From: a virus
Lineage: Duplodnaviria > Caudoviricetes
DNA: 64,000 nucleotides
Strand: one strand, 5' to 3'
IMG/VR virus record: IMGVR_UViG_3300014664_000015
Location: 11,996-75,995 of that record
Below, piece by piece: positions 36,209 through 45,122 of this stretch. The position numbers were made by a program, and so were the translations under genes. Within the stretch, counting starts at the first letter, position 1; every line of letters begins with the position of its first letter. The notes under the pieces are model-generated. The model made no database searches and had not been told where the DNA came from. It saw only the letters and a list, made by a program, of their open reading frames with translations.

Positions 36209-38667
36209 CAGCGGCCTCCTTTTGCAAGATTCCAGATATCACCGCCAGGGCGAATATCGCGCATCATGTTTTGTTTATATCGTTGATCCACGAACCGCCC
36301 GACTTCAGCGCCAAACTGTTCGAAGCCAGCTGAGCCCTGAGTAGATGTATTGCCGTTTCCGTCAATAGTGATATATACCTGTGGCGCCCCTCCACTGCCT
36401 GGCGTGACGCCGCCATTTCCCACGGCGCGGACAGCCAGTGAACCATCAGACGCGCGGGTAAGAGGCATAATGGCTTCAGGACCCGCCTCTCCCATCAGGC
36501 CGGCACCTTTTGCAAACGCAAACAGCGTCGGTGAACTGACGACAGAGTTACTGTACTGACTGAGATCGGCTGAAGAGTAAACGCCGCCTTTGGCGTTTAA
36601 TTGCAGGTTAGCACCGTAGTTCTGGATTGCTGTTCCGCTACTGGCTGAGGATGAGGCGGCACCGCTAAACAGCGAACCGATAGAGCTGGCGGCGTTCGCG
36701 ATCATCATATTTACCATCACCTGTTCTATGATTTTCAGAACGCTGATACCCCAGTCTTTCCAGCTCGCTTTATTGCCGTTGAGCATCTCGACAATGTTGC
36801 TGCTGATCCCTGAGAGTGCCGTTTTCATGACGTCGGCCGCCTGCATTGCATAGTTCGTGGAATCATCCACCCAGTCGGCAAGTCCGTCACGGGCTCCGGT
36901 TACCCAGTCAGCCTGTAGCGCATCAACTTTCTTGTAGTAATCCTCCTGAACTTCGATCCTTTCGGCCTGCGCATCCTTCAGGGCCTGAGTTTCCCGGTCA
37001 TAAACCGTCTGGCTTATATCACCGGACTGATACTGCTTTTGCAGCTCCCGCTGCTGGTCGAGGAAGTCGCGCTCAATACTCAGGCGTTCCCTGAGCCGCT
37101 CACGCTGCTTATTGCCGATTCCGGCACCCTGCACATCCACGCCCAAATTTGCACGTGCATTCTCGTTTTGTGCCTGCAGATTTGCCACAAACGCCGCCAC
37201 CCTGGCATTTTCTTCATTGGCTTTTTTGACGGCGTTCAGGCGATCCACTTCCTGAGCCAACTGTTGAAGCCGTATTTTTTGCGCGTTGTTAATTCCGGTG
37301 AGCTTTCCCTCCGCCAAATCGAACTGGAGTTTCTGTTGCTCGGTCACCTCCACCGTTTCTTTGCCGGTGGTATCGATGAGCGCAATCTGGCGCAGGTAAC
37401 CCATCTCCATGGATTTGAAAGAGCTTTCCAGTTTTCTTGCGCTGGCATCAGGCGTAACTTTGCCGTTAGTCTCGCCCGGTGGAAGGGAGAATGGTTTCCC
37501 AGTTCCGACAGTAGCAGCACCAAGCGGAAGAATGCCAACAGCAGGTTTTGACAGCCTGTTTCTGGTTTCGATAAGGGTGTTCAGTTCATCGTTGAGTGCT
37601 TTTACACTATCATTCCCACCCGTGAACCAGGCGAACATTGATTTGTCCTGCGAATAAAAACCCTTTCTTCCTTCAAGGTTTTTTTGCAAATAAGCAATGC
37701 GCTCATTTACCTGATCGATATTTTTGAGGTCAATTTTACCGCTCAGAGCGGCAAATCTGTTGCCGGTGCTTGTGGCAAGTTGACCAGCGCCGGCGGCGGC
37801 TTTTACAAGCCATCCAGCAAGCTGTGCAACTTCAGACACCAGATCAGAGATACCCTGCAGGACAGCAGGATCAGTCAAAACATTGTGAAGTTCATCAAGA
37901 GAGTTTTGCAGCTCTCCAAGGTCAACCTTTGCCAGACCTGCGGCAATCTCCATCTTCAGGCCAGCAACCTGAGCCTCCATGTCTTCGAATAGCTGGTTAA
38001 CTTTAACCAGGTCATCAATGGAAGATGGGTCTGGCGCTACCCCATAATCCTTAGCCAGATCAATAAACCGTTTCAGTTTCTCATTATTGTTATCGAACAA
38101 CGGAAGAAGTTTTGAAAGGTCATTGCCCAGGCTTTCAAGTATGGTTGTCTTTTCGGCATTCGTGCCGATCTTGCCAAGTGATTCACCAATTGCCAGGAGC
38201 TGTTTTTCAGGACTTACTTTGGATAATTTCTCAGCGGACAAACCCAGGGAATTAAGGGCATCAACTGCTTCACCCGACTTGTTCAGGACAGCGTCACCTA
38301 TCTTATCGCCAATATCCTTAAAAATATCAGCCATCTGATCGCCGGACACCCCTGCCTTTTCAGCAGCAAACTGCCATGCTAAAAGCTCCTGAGTTGATAT
38401 CCTTAGCGACTTTGCCCAGCGGTCAGTTTCGGTAATCTGCTTGGAAGTGCTTTTCAGTAACTGAAAACCAGCCGCTCCAACACCCAGACTAGCAGTTACG
38501 GCTGCCGCACCAATACCCGCCAGTGCAGCGCTGGCGGATGCTGCATCATCCTGTACCTGTTTGCTCCACTTTGCAGAGGCGCGTTCTGCCTGATTAAGGC
38601 CGGAGACAAAACCGCCCGTTTTTGCAATCAGGTCGATTGTCAGCGTGCCCAGTGATTTGGAAGCCAT
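36208..38667 (-). CDS. Tail tape measure protein
   Basis: 819 aa, helical, AKGG...GEAGPEAIMPL C-terminal motif. Confidence 0.93.
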   Translation of the reverse strand: MASKSLGTLTIDLIAKTGGFVSGLNQAERASAKWSKQVQDDAASASAALAGIGAAAVTASLGVGAAGFQLLKSTSKQITETDRWAKSLRISTQELLAWQFAAEKAGVSGDQMADIFKDIGDKIGDAVLNKSGEAVDALNSLGLSAEKLSKVSPEKQLLAIGESLGKIGTNAEKTTILESLGNDLSKLLPLFDNNNEKLKRFIDLAKDYGVAPDPSSIDDLVKVNQLFEDMEAQVAGLKMEIAAGLAKVDLGELQNSLDELHNVLTDPAVLQGISDLVSEVAQLAGWLVKAAAGAGQLATSTGNRFAALSGKIDLKNIDQVNERIAYLQKNLEGRKGFYSQDKSMFAWFTGGNDSVKALNDELNTLIETRNRLSKPAVGILPLGAATVGTGKPFSLPPGETNGKVTPDASARKLESSFKSMEMGYLRQIALIDTTGKETVEVTEQQKLQFDLAEGKLTGINNAQKIRLQQLAQEVDRLNAVKKANEENARVAAFVANLQAQNENARANLGVDVQGAGIGNKQRERLRERLSIERDFLDQQRELQKQYQSGDISQTVYDRETQALKDAQAERIEVQEDYYKKVDALQADWVTGARDGLADWVDDSTNYAMQAADVMKTALSGISSNIVEMLNGNKASWKDWGISVLKIIEQVMVNMMIANAASSIGSLFSGAASSSASSGTAIQNYGANLQLNAKGGVYSSADLSQYSNSVVSSPTLFAFAKGAGLMGEAGPEAIMPLTRASDGSLAVRAVGNGGVTPGSGGAPQVYITIDGNGNTSTQGSAGFEQFGAEVGRFVDQRYKQNMMRDIRPGGDIWNLAKGGR

Positions 38668-38686
38668 AAACTCTCCGGTGGCAGCA

Positions 38687-39016
38687 TTATGTCCAGCTGG
38701 CTCTGGCTTCCTCTAACGAGATTGGTCCATCAGCAGCTTTGACTTTGGTAAAGTGCAGTGTGAAATCGGTCGGGTTGAATGGTGGGCGCTTGGGGTCTCT
38801 GTTAACGTTGGCTATCATGCTGCTCACCAGCCCGGCACCCCACTCAACCCGCAACATAGGGTTCAGACTTCCGTATCGTTCCCGGTACTTTGCCCAGAGT
38901 TGGGACTCTTTGAATGAGAGGACTTCCCGCGCTTCGGCGATTGTTCTGCCTCCGATTCCGTTGAGGACGAGCTCGCACCAGAATTCGTCTTCGGCGCTGA
39001 GCTCGAAGTCTTTCCC
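38687..39016 (-). CDS. gpT-like -1 frameshift extension of tail chaperone
   Basis: In-frame G-GGA-AAG slippery site (39010-39016); -1 frame open (DFELSAEDEFWCELVLNGIGG...ASWT*). Confidence 0.85.
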   Translation of the reverse strand, partial: GKDFELSAEDEFWCELVLNGIGGRTIAEAREVLSFKESQLWAKYRERYGSLNPMLRVEWGAGLVSSMIANVNRDPKRPPFNPTDFTLHFTKVKAADGPISLEEARASWT

Positions 39017-39348
39017 AGATCGTTAACTTCCTGAATGGCCAGAAGCAGTGCTACCGTCAGGCTGCCATCCAGTGCACCACGTTCAGGATCGGCCTCACCA
39101 GTAATGTCTGCCGGGGTGAAGATGGGTTTACCCTGTTCATCGCAGATGGATGCGGCAATACGCCCTGCCACACCATCGACCTTCCCCCCAAAAGCCAGCA
39201 CATCGGACGTTGCTGTGTGATAACCCATCGGGCGGACATACACTGTCGCGGTGATTTTTTTATCACCCTGAGTCCAGGTGATTTCTTTCTCAACCGGGCG
39301 GCCAGTAAACGCGCCGGACTCCTTGAGTGCATCAAGTGTTAATTTCAT
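38863..39348 (-). CDS. Tail assembly chaperone (gpG-like)
   Basis: After major tail gene; contains slippery site. Confidence 0.85.
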   Translation of the reverse strand: MKLTLDALKESGAFTGRPVEKEITWTQGDKKITATVYVRPMGYHTATSDVLAFGGKVDGVAGRIAASICDEQGKPIFTPADITGEADPERGALDGSLTVALLLAIQEVNDLGKTSSSAPKTNSGASSSSTESEAEQSPKRGKSSHSKSPNSGQSTGNDTEV

Positions 39349-39386
39349 TAGTAATCCTGATTAATGAGGGCGTTGCCGCCCTGATT

Positions 39387-39887
39387 TTATGGAGTCACGA
39401 CTTTTGGCACCCATACAGCAGAGCCGGAGCGCTGGACAGATGCAGAAGTAGAAACAACCGTGTTTGCTGCAAAATCAAACGGGAAGTCGGACACATAGCC
39501 TTTGAATACGAACCATGTGCGGCTGTCAGGTAACACCAGGCCATCGACTGCACCGGATGCACCATCTTCAGCCGCAGTTGGCGATGCGGTTCCGTCTGAC
39601 CATCCAATCGCGAACGTCAGGTCCTGATCCTCTTCGTCGTCCGAAATGGACAGGTTGTAGAGCATGATGTGGCTGGTATTTTTAGGATCAGCGTTAAGCG
39701 TCAGTGATGCTGTGCCAGGCGTTCGAAGACCACGCTTATAGCTGCGATCAAAGCGCTCAGAAAGACAGGTGTCTTCAATCTGGTCCGCCGGGTTGCTGCC
39801 GGGTGAGAATGCAGTGATACATTCAACTTCGCTCACCGCGCCTTTTGCGAGCACAAAGAGCTGCGTACCTTGCGTCAATACAGACAT
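39387..39887 (-). CDS. Major tail tube protein
   Basis: MSVLTQGTQLF...IEDTCLS...GLRTPG. Confidence 0.88.
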   Translation of the reverse strand: MSVLTQGTQLFVLAKGAVSEVECITAFSPGSNPADQIEDTCLSERFDRSYKRGLRTPGTASLTLNADPKNTSHIMLYNLSISDDEEDQDLTFAIGWSDGTASPTAAEDGASGAVDGLVLPDSRTWFVFKGYVSDFPFDFAANTVVSTSASVQRSGSAVWVPKVVTP

Positions 39888-39941
39888 TGTTATCTCCGGT
39901 CATAAAAAAACCGGCTCAAGGCCGGTGGTTGAATAATACGT

Positions 39942-40307
39942 TTATCTAGTGACTATCCAGTCAACATCGAATGAGTAGCGATAGCGCTTTGTTTCCGGGT
40001 CTTTCTCCTGCTCGCCAAGGCGTGTGATGTACGCGTGCGGCTCAATGGCATCACGCAGCGCAGAGGCGACGGCGATAACCTCGTCCACCGTGTCGGCGTA
40101 CGCATCTACCTGCAGCGAAAAGGAGTCTGCATCCGGCCGATGCGCCAGATAGTTTTCCGTCAAGCCTGTGACGTTTTGCCAAACCGCATACGGGTAAACG
40201 ACAGCATCATCCTGCTGGCCGAAGGGGTATAGTCGAACAGGATCAGAGCCGATTAGCGCGGTTACCGCCGCACTTGCCGCGCATACACCAAATATGGGCG
40301 CAATCAT
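39942..40307 (-). CDS. Tail terminator (DUF3168-like)
   Basis: YPYAVWQ...LQVDAYA; synteny. Confidence 0.8.
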   Translation of the reverse strand: MIAPIFGVCAASAAVTALIGSDPVRLYPFGQQDDAVVYPYAVWQNVTGLTENYLAHRPDADSFSLQVDAYADTVDEVIAVASALRDAIEPHAYITRLGEQEKDPETKRYRYSFDVDWIVTR

Positions 40308-40789
40308 GGTGGTATTCCTTTTTTCTGAGCGCGCTTAATGGCACGGTCAATGGCCTTTTCATAATCAGTGCCAAAGGTATTTATCACCTCGCCGATGCTG
40401 CTTTCCGCTGCCGGGCGCATAATTGGCTGGGCACGAACATTTTCGGTACCGAACTCAATAAGGCGCCAGTGAGGAGTGGGTGCATTCCTGCCAAGATCGG
40501 GGTGCTTTTTAAGGACCGCGCCGTGAAGAACGCCAATGCGAAAACTGAGATCGCCCGTACGCTTAAAAAGACGGCCATTCCAGCGCATGGCGATGTTATC
40601 TGCGATGCTCCTGCCGGTGCCCGGGTCATCAACGCGACGGGCGTTAGTCTTCGCTTTCTCGACGATGATGTTGCCGGCACGCCTGAGCGCAGCCCTGCCA
40701 CCTTTGCGACGCAGATCGACGCTGACGGCATCCAGTTTTCCCAGCAAAGAATCGACGCCAGTAATGCTGAACTCAATACCATCAGCCAT
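40304..40789 (-). CDS. HK97 gp10-like tail component
   Basis: HWRLIEFGT...AQPIMRPA. Confidence 0.88.
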   Translation of the reverse strand: MADGIEFSITGVDSLLGKLDAVSVDLRRKGGRAALRRAGNIIVEKAKTNARRVDDPGTGRSIADNIAMRWNGRLFKRTGDLSFRIGVLHGAVLKKHPDLGRNAPTPHWRLIEFGTENVRAQPIMRPAAESSIGEVINTFGTDYEKAIDRAIKRAQKKGIPP

Positions 40790-41120
40790 CGTTAACCCCC
40801 TGCGAACATGGAAGTGTCAGATATTCGCGCCCGCTTTTATCGTCGGACAGAACGCCATGGACGTTATAAACACGGCCGAGATAAAGGATTCGGTGCTTAC
40901 TGGTTACATCATCGCGCCAGCGAATAGTGATCCGCGTCGTGACTTCGCTCTGCCCTGCCTGGGCCGCTACAAACTCACGCGCGGACAGATCGACAACACT
41001 GGCCCACAGGGTAGCAACGTCAGCCCAGCCGTTAATGATGGCTCCGGTAGCCGGATTCTGGGTTTTAACAGGCCTCTGCAATGTAACGCGGTGACGAAGT
41101 TTTCCGGCCTGCATGCTCAC
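40782..41120 (-). CDS. Head closure protein
   Basis: AGKLRHRVTLQ motif. Confidence 0.88.
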   Translation of the reverse strand: MSMQAGKLRHRVTLQRPVKTQNPATGAIINGWADVATLWASVVDLSAREFVAAQAGQSEVTTRITIRWRDDVTSKHRILYLGRVYNVHGVLSDDKSGREYLTLPCSQGVNDG

Positions 41121-41296
41121 CCCCTGGGATTTCCGCTGAGATAAGTATGCTGTGGAAGTTCAGCGTCACTCTCTTCCACTACCATCGACTGGTAGATCAC
41201 CGCCGTCAGAGCCTCGTTTGACTCCGCCATTCGGTTCATTGCTGCTGTCTGGGCTGCCATTGCTGCCAGCAGCTGGTTTACCTGTTGCTCGTTCAT
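41117..41296 (-). CDS. 59-aa helical protein
   Basis: MNEQQVNQLLAAMAAQTAAMNRMAESNEAL..., stop overlaps head closure start. Confidence 0.6.
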   Translation of the reverse strand: MNEQQVNQLLAAMAAQTAAMNRMAESNEALTAVIYQSMVVEESDAELPQHTYLSGNPRG

Positions 41297-41366
41297 AGGC
41301 GATTTTCATCCACTTTTTAAGCCATTCACGCCGGGCGGCGCATCCGGAGCAGGCCATCAGTGCCAC
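41166..41366 (-). CDS. Small protein MACSGCAARREW... overlapping the 59-aa ORF
   Basis: Start overlaps connector stop; CxxC. Confidence 0.45.
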   Translation of the reverse strand: MALMACSGCAARREWLKKWMKIAYERATGKPAAGSNGSPDSSNEPNGGVKRGSDGGDLPVDGSGRE

Positions 41367-41683
41367 CGACGGTGCTGTATAAGCAACGCCTCAACGCCCA
41401 GCGGAGTTTCCGCCAGATTCTGCGACGCGGCTTCGCGGTTCGCATACCAGTGGCCAATCAGCAAAAGCATTGCCGCCCAGATCCCGGGCGTAAAAAGAAC
41501 CTCCCGGGGAGGCTCTTTGTCTTCAGGGGGCGGCGAAAGGGATTCCACCAGCGAACCGTCGCAAAATTTCTCAACATAATCGACGGCCGCCGTGGTGTAG
41601 GCAGTGATAAGAGAGTCTTCGGCGTCGTTATCAACCCTCAGATGCGTCTTTATCAGCGCCATCTGCTCCGCGCTTATTTCCAC
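41357..41683 (-). CDS. Head-tail connector (gp6-like)
   Basis: KTHLRVD...AMLLLIGHWYANRE. Confidence 0.9.
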   Translation of the reverse strand: MEISAEQMALIKTHLRVDNDAEDSLITAYTTAAVDYVEKFCDGSLVESLSPPPEDKEPPREVLFTPGIWAAMLLLIGHWYANREAASQNLAETPLGVEALLIQHRRWH

Positions 41684-41945
41684 CTTTACCCCCGGTTTTG
41701 GCTTTTTGTGGCTGTTCAGGCTGTTCAGGCTGTTCAGGCTGTTCAGGCTGTTCAGGCTGTTCAGGCTGTTCAGGCTGTTCAGGCTGTTCAGGACTGGAGT
41801 TTTTCACCTTCTCAGGTTCAACCTCTTCAGCCAGGTACATTTTTACCAGCATCTCGCCAACCTCTTTTTTCACGATGCGGGTTTCGCCCTGGGATACAGT
41901 GCCCAGGTGATAATGCGAGAACATACGGAGAGCTTTAATTTTCAT
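41631..41945 (-). CDS. Small head-associated protein with (EQP)9 tract
   Basis: Follows capsid gene; contains 9-bp VNTR. Confidence 0.75.
   Translation of the reverse strand: MKIKALRMFSHYHLGTVSQGETRIVKKEVGEMLVKMYLAEEVEPEKVKNSSPEQPEQPEQPEQPEQPEQPEQPEQPEQPQKAKTGGKGGNKRGADGADKDASEG
41710..41790. repeat. Perfect tandem repeat (GGCTGTTCA) x9
   Basis: Counted directly. Confidence 0.97.
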
Positions 41946-41981
41946 AGGTTAAACGCGGCCATTGCTGACCGCGCCCTTCTG

Positions 41982-43145
41982 TTATTCGCCGGAAGAAACC
42001 GCAATATCGCCGGTGACGATGGCGGCAGGACGGTAGTGCGCCAGCGCCAGGCGCTCTTCGCACAGAATGGTCAGCATGTTGCGGATAAAGTTGTCGCGGT
42101 CCTGGTTGCTGATTTCGATAGTTGCATCCATGCGATCCCAGACCTGAGAGGCCAGGCCGAACGCGCCAACGGTAAATTTACCCGCCGCCTGCGCCGTGGT
42201 GGAGACAACAGGCAGCCCCCACAGCACTTTTGACGCAAACGCCTGTGGGCCACCGAGGATGTAGTTGCCGTTGGCGTCTTTCAGCAACGCAATCCGGTGC
42301 CAGTCTGCCGGGTTAAGGACGATGCCATCGGCTTCAAATTCACTCAGTGATACCTGATAGATAGCGTGCGCCAGCACATCCGCACCAGTATCACCCGAGG
42401 CATTCAGCGCAGTCTCATAATCATTTGCAACCACGTTGAGTCCTTCCAGATTATCGCCGGTACCGTCGCCGTTGAGCATCTGGTTTTCTTCCGCCAGCGC
42501 CAGGCCATACATCATGCGGGTATTGATATAGGACTGAAGCGCTGGCGCATCGTCCATAATCTGGCGCGATGCCTGGATCCAGTGGGCGATGGTTTTGACG
42601 TTCGCCGTCTCTTTGGTGAAGGTGATGTTACTTTCCGGCTTCAGGGTGCCCTCGGCCACAGGAGCGGCGGCATTGGTGAAGACGTTTTCTCGCACGTATT
42701 CAAGCGCGTTACTGGAAATTCGGCCCTGGGCCAGAAGGTCACGGACAGTCAGTCGGCGCAGGCCAGGCATCAAGATACCAGGATTCTGCTGCGGCAGAAC
42801 CAGGGCGCCGGCGGAGTTGGCGCCAGACCCAATCGCTTTATCAAAACTGGTCACTTTCGCTTTGGTGCGTGAGCCGTCCCAGCCTTTCATCAGGTCTTCG
42901 GATACGCGCTCTGCAAAGGACTTCTTGGCGGTCTGTTCAGGCGAGTTGCCAGCCAGCTTCTGCTCAAGATCGAACAGGCGGGTACCGGTCGTTTTCAGTT
43001 CATCCTGGGCTTTAGCCAGATCGGTCTGCAGCTGCTTGTTGATTTCGCCGCTCTGGTTGATGGATTTACGCTGCTCCTCGATAAGCTCCTTCACTTCTTT
43101 CTGGGAGTTCTCGATCGCTTTTTCCAGGGTTGCTAATTCAGACAT
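41982..43145 (-). CDS. Major capsid protein, HK97 family
   Basis: Delta-domain coiled coil; VAEGTLKPES, LNGDGTG motifs. Confidence 0.95.
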   Translation of the reverse strand: MSELATLEKAIENSQKEVKELIEEQRKSINQSGEINKQLQTDLAKAQDELKTTGTRLFDLEQKLAGNSPEQTAKKSFAERVSEDLMKGWDGSRTKAKVTSFDKAIGSGANSAGALVLPQQNPGILMPGLRRLTVRDLLAQGRISSNALEYVRENVFTNAAAPVAEGTLKPESNITFTKETANVKTIAHWIQASRQIMDDAPALQSYINTRMMYGLALAEENQMLNGDGTGDNLEGLNVVANDYETALNASGDTGADVLAHAIYQVSLSEFEADGIVLNPADWHRIALLKDANGNYILGGPQAFASKVLWGLPVVSTTAQAAGKFTVGAFGLASQVWDRMDATIEISNQDRDNFIRNMLTILCEERLALAHYRPAAIVTGDIAVSSGE

Positions 43146-43156
43146 GTTTTGCTCCG

Positions 43157-43828
43157 TTAAGGATTCCGCAGGTTAGCGGCAAAGGAAGTTATGCGCTGTG
43201 CCAGCGCGTCAATGTCGCCGCCGCCGAACTCGCTTCGGCCTGCGGACTTCACGCGGGCGATAAACGCCTGCGCTTCAGCGCGCGTAAGGCCGACTGAATC
43301 CCTCAGCCAGGCCTCCGCGTCACGAATGGTTTTAATGCCGTCGATGCTCTTCATGGCAGTTACGCCTGCCAGTTCGTTTGCCGGGAAGGTGCAGACACTG
43401 ATTTCCCGCAGGTAAGAAATGTTTTTGAAAATCAGGCCTGACGTGCCGACGGTGTAATCATCGGGGCCGACTGAAAAACCGACCGACATGCCTTCAACCG
43501 TGCCATGCTGCATGGCGGCCTTCAGATCTTCGGCCAGGCTTAACCCCGGAGTGAGTTGCCCACGTACAAAAAGCCCCTTCTCGTCTTCGTGCATGGCATC
43601 CCACTTGCCAACCGGGATGGCTCGCGTCTGGTGGTTAAAGAACATAGCCACCTTGCGGCTCTGGTTAGCGACCACACCAGCGAAAGCGCCGGGCAAAATA
43701 ATGTCGCCATCGGAATCGGTGTTATTGAAAACCGAGGCGTACCCTTCAAACGTTCCCTTACTGCCGTCACCGGTAAACTTGATTTCGGTCTGGTCGAACG
43801 CCAGCGTCTTTTGAATTTCAGGCATCAT
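43157..43828 (-). CDS. Prohead protease, HK97 family
   Basis: FEGYASVFNN, MFFNH, GMSVGF, LREISVCTFPAN. Confidence 0.95.
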   Translation of the reverse strand: MMPEIQKTLAFDQTEIKFTGDGSKGTFEGYASVFNNTDSDGDIILPGAFAGVVANQSRKVAMFFNHQTRAIPVGKWDAMHEDEKGLFVRGQLTPGLSLAEDLKAAMQHGTVEGMSVGFSVGPDDYTVGTSGLIFKNISYLREISVCTFPANELAGVTAMKSIDGIKTIRDAEAWLRDSVGLTRAEAQAFIARVKSAGRSEFGGGDIDALAQRITSFAANLRNP

Positions 43829-43842
43829 GGCCCCCATAAAAA

Positions 43843-45120
43843 TTAAGCCCCGTCATTGCGGGGCTCTTTGCTTGATCCAAGATCGGTAATGGGTACGTTC
43901 TGCGACTGGCGCGTCGCCACGTCACCGCCAGGCAGTGGTGGCAGGTTATCCAGCCGTCGAACCTCGTTAACGGTGCGAATGCCGGTATTGACCATGATCT
44001 GCATGAATGATGCCCGGCTTGTTGAGTCGCCGCGTAACAGCCCGTCGAGGTTATGTTCGGCATGAATAGCGCCCTGTTCTGACTCTTTCACCAGCCAGCG
44101 CTCAATGCTGTACTCCCAACGGTCAAGGTAGGGTTTTAGCGTGTACTGAAGAAAACCCAGGTTTTGATGCTCAATTCCCGAGCCCCAGGAGGTGGTTTTA
44201 TCAACATCGCCTACCAGATGCGGAGGCACACCGTAAAAGCGGGCCAGTTCGGCGACCTGAAATTTTCGTGCAGCCAGTATTTCCGAATCCTGAGGCGAAA
44301 CCCCTATAGCCTGCGTAGTAAACCCGCTCTCCAGGATCCACAACCGCTTTTTAACCGGTCCGCCTGCAATCTCCTTAAAGTTCTCCTCCAGCTGACCGCG
44401 CTGCTCTTTAGTCAGCACCTTGCCATCAGTCATCAGGATCTGCGGAGACTTCGCGCCGTTCGCGAAGAACTCACGCTGATTATCTTCCATGGCAATGGCG
44501 ACACCTGCAGACTTCGCGCTGAACGCCAGCGGAGACAGGCCGGTTAGCCCGTTGAAGCCAAATCCCTTGAGATGGAAAATTTCTTTCTGTGAAAAGTTGG
44601 CGTATTCCGTGTCACGACGATAGCGGTAGATAATGGTTTTGCCGTTTTCACTGAGCCGCACTTCCATATTGGCGCTCATCAGAGGAACCATACTGATAAC
44701 GTCGCCGACGCTGTTTCGCTCCACATGCGCGTAAGCATTACCGTAGGCGCACAACTGCATGGTCATGGCTTCGCGGAACTCCAGAGCGGTCATGAAATTG
44801 TTTGGCCGGAACCTCAGTAGTTTTGCGAGAGGATGGTTGCCAGGAACCTTGCTGCGCTGATCGTCTTTGGTCTCGTAAACATCAAGCGGTAAAGATGCAG
44901 TGACTGTAGAAATGAGACGGATACAGGCCCACACCGTGCTGATTTGCATGTTTCGCTCATCAGTGACAACGGATTCACCAACAACGCCGTGCGCAGAGGT
45001 GCCAGCCATCTGAGAGCCTTTCTCTGGTGTAACCAGTCTGCCACCGGTCAGGATGGAGGCCATGCGCGCCCAGAATGGCGATCGCGTTCGCAGGTCAATG
45101 CTGTAATCGGTATCTGCCAT
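43843..45120 (-). CDS. Portal protein, HK97 family
   Basis: GNAYAH, IFHLK, ARFYGVPP, NEVRRLDNLPP. Confidence 0.95.
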   Translation of the reverse strand: MADTDYSIDLRTRSPFWARMASILTGGRLVTPEKGSQMAGTSAHGVVGESVVTDERNMQISTVWACIRLISTVTASLPLDVYETKDDQRSKVPGNHPLAKLLRFRPNNFMTALEFREAMTMQLCAYGNAYAHVERNSVGDVISMVPLMSANMEVRLSENGKTIIYRYRRDTEYANFSQKEIFHLKGFGFNGLTGLSPLAFSAKSAGVAIAMEDNQREFFANGAKSPQILMTDGKVLTKEQRGQLEENFKEIAGGPVKKRLWILESGFTTQAIGVSPQDSEILAARKFQVAELARFYGVPPHLVGDVDKTTSWGSGIEHQNLGFLQYTLKPYLDRWEYSIERWLVKESEQGAIHAEHNLDGLLRGDSTSRASFMQIMVNTGIRTVNEVRRLDNLPPLPGGDVATRQSQNVPITDLGSSKEPRNDGA

Positions 45121-45122
45121 TT

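Noticed and set aside
40536-41144. 202-aa plus-strand ORF, plus the repeat-frame ORFs at 41360-41938 and 41698-41910
   Set aside because: Shadows of neck genes and of the stop-free 9-bp repeat.
41710-41790. Possible CRISPR-like array
   Set aside because: Contiguous 9-bp units without spacers and no cas genes; a coding VNTR. No CRISPR array was seen anywhere in the window.
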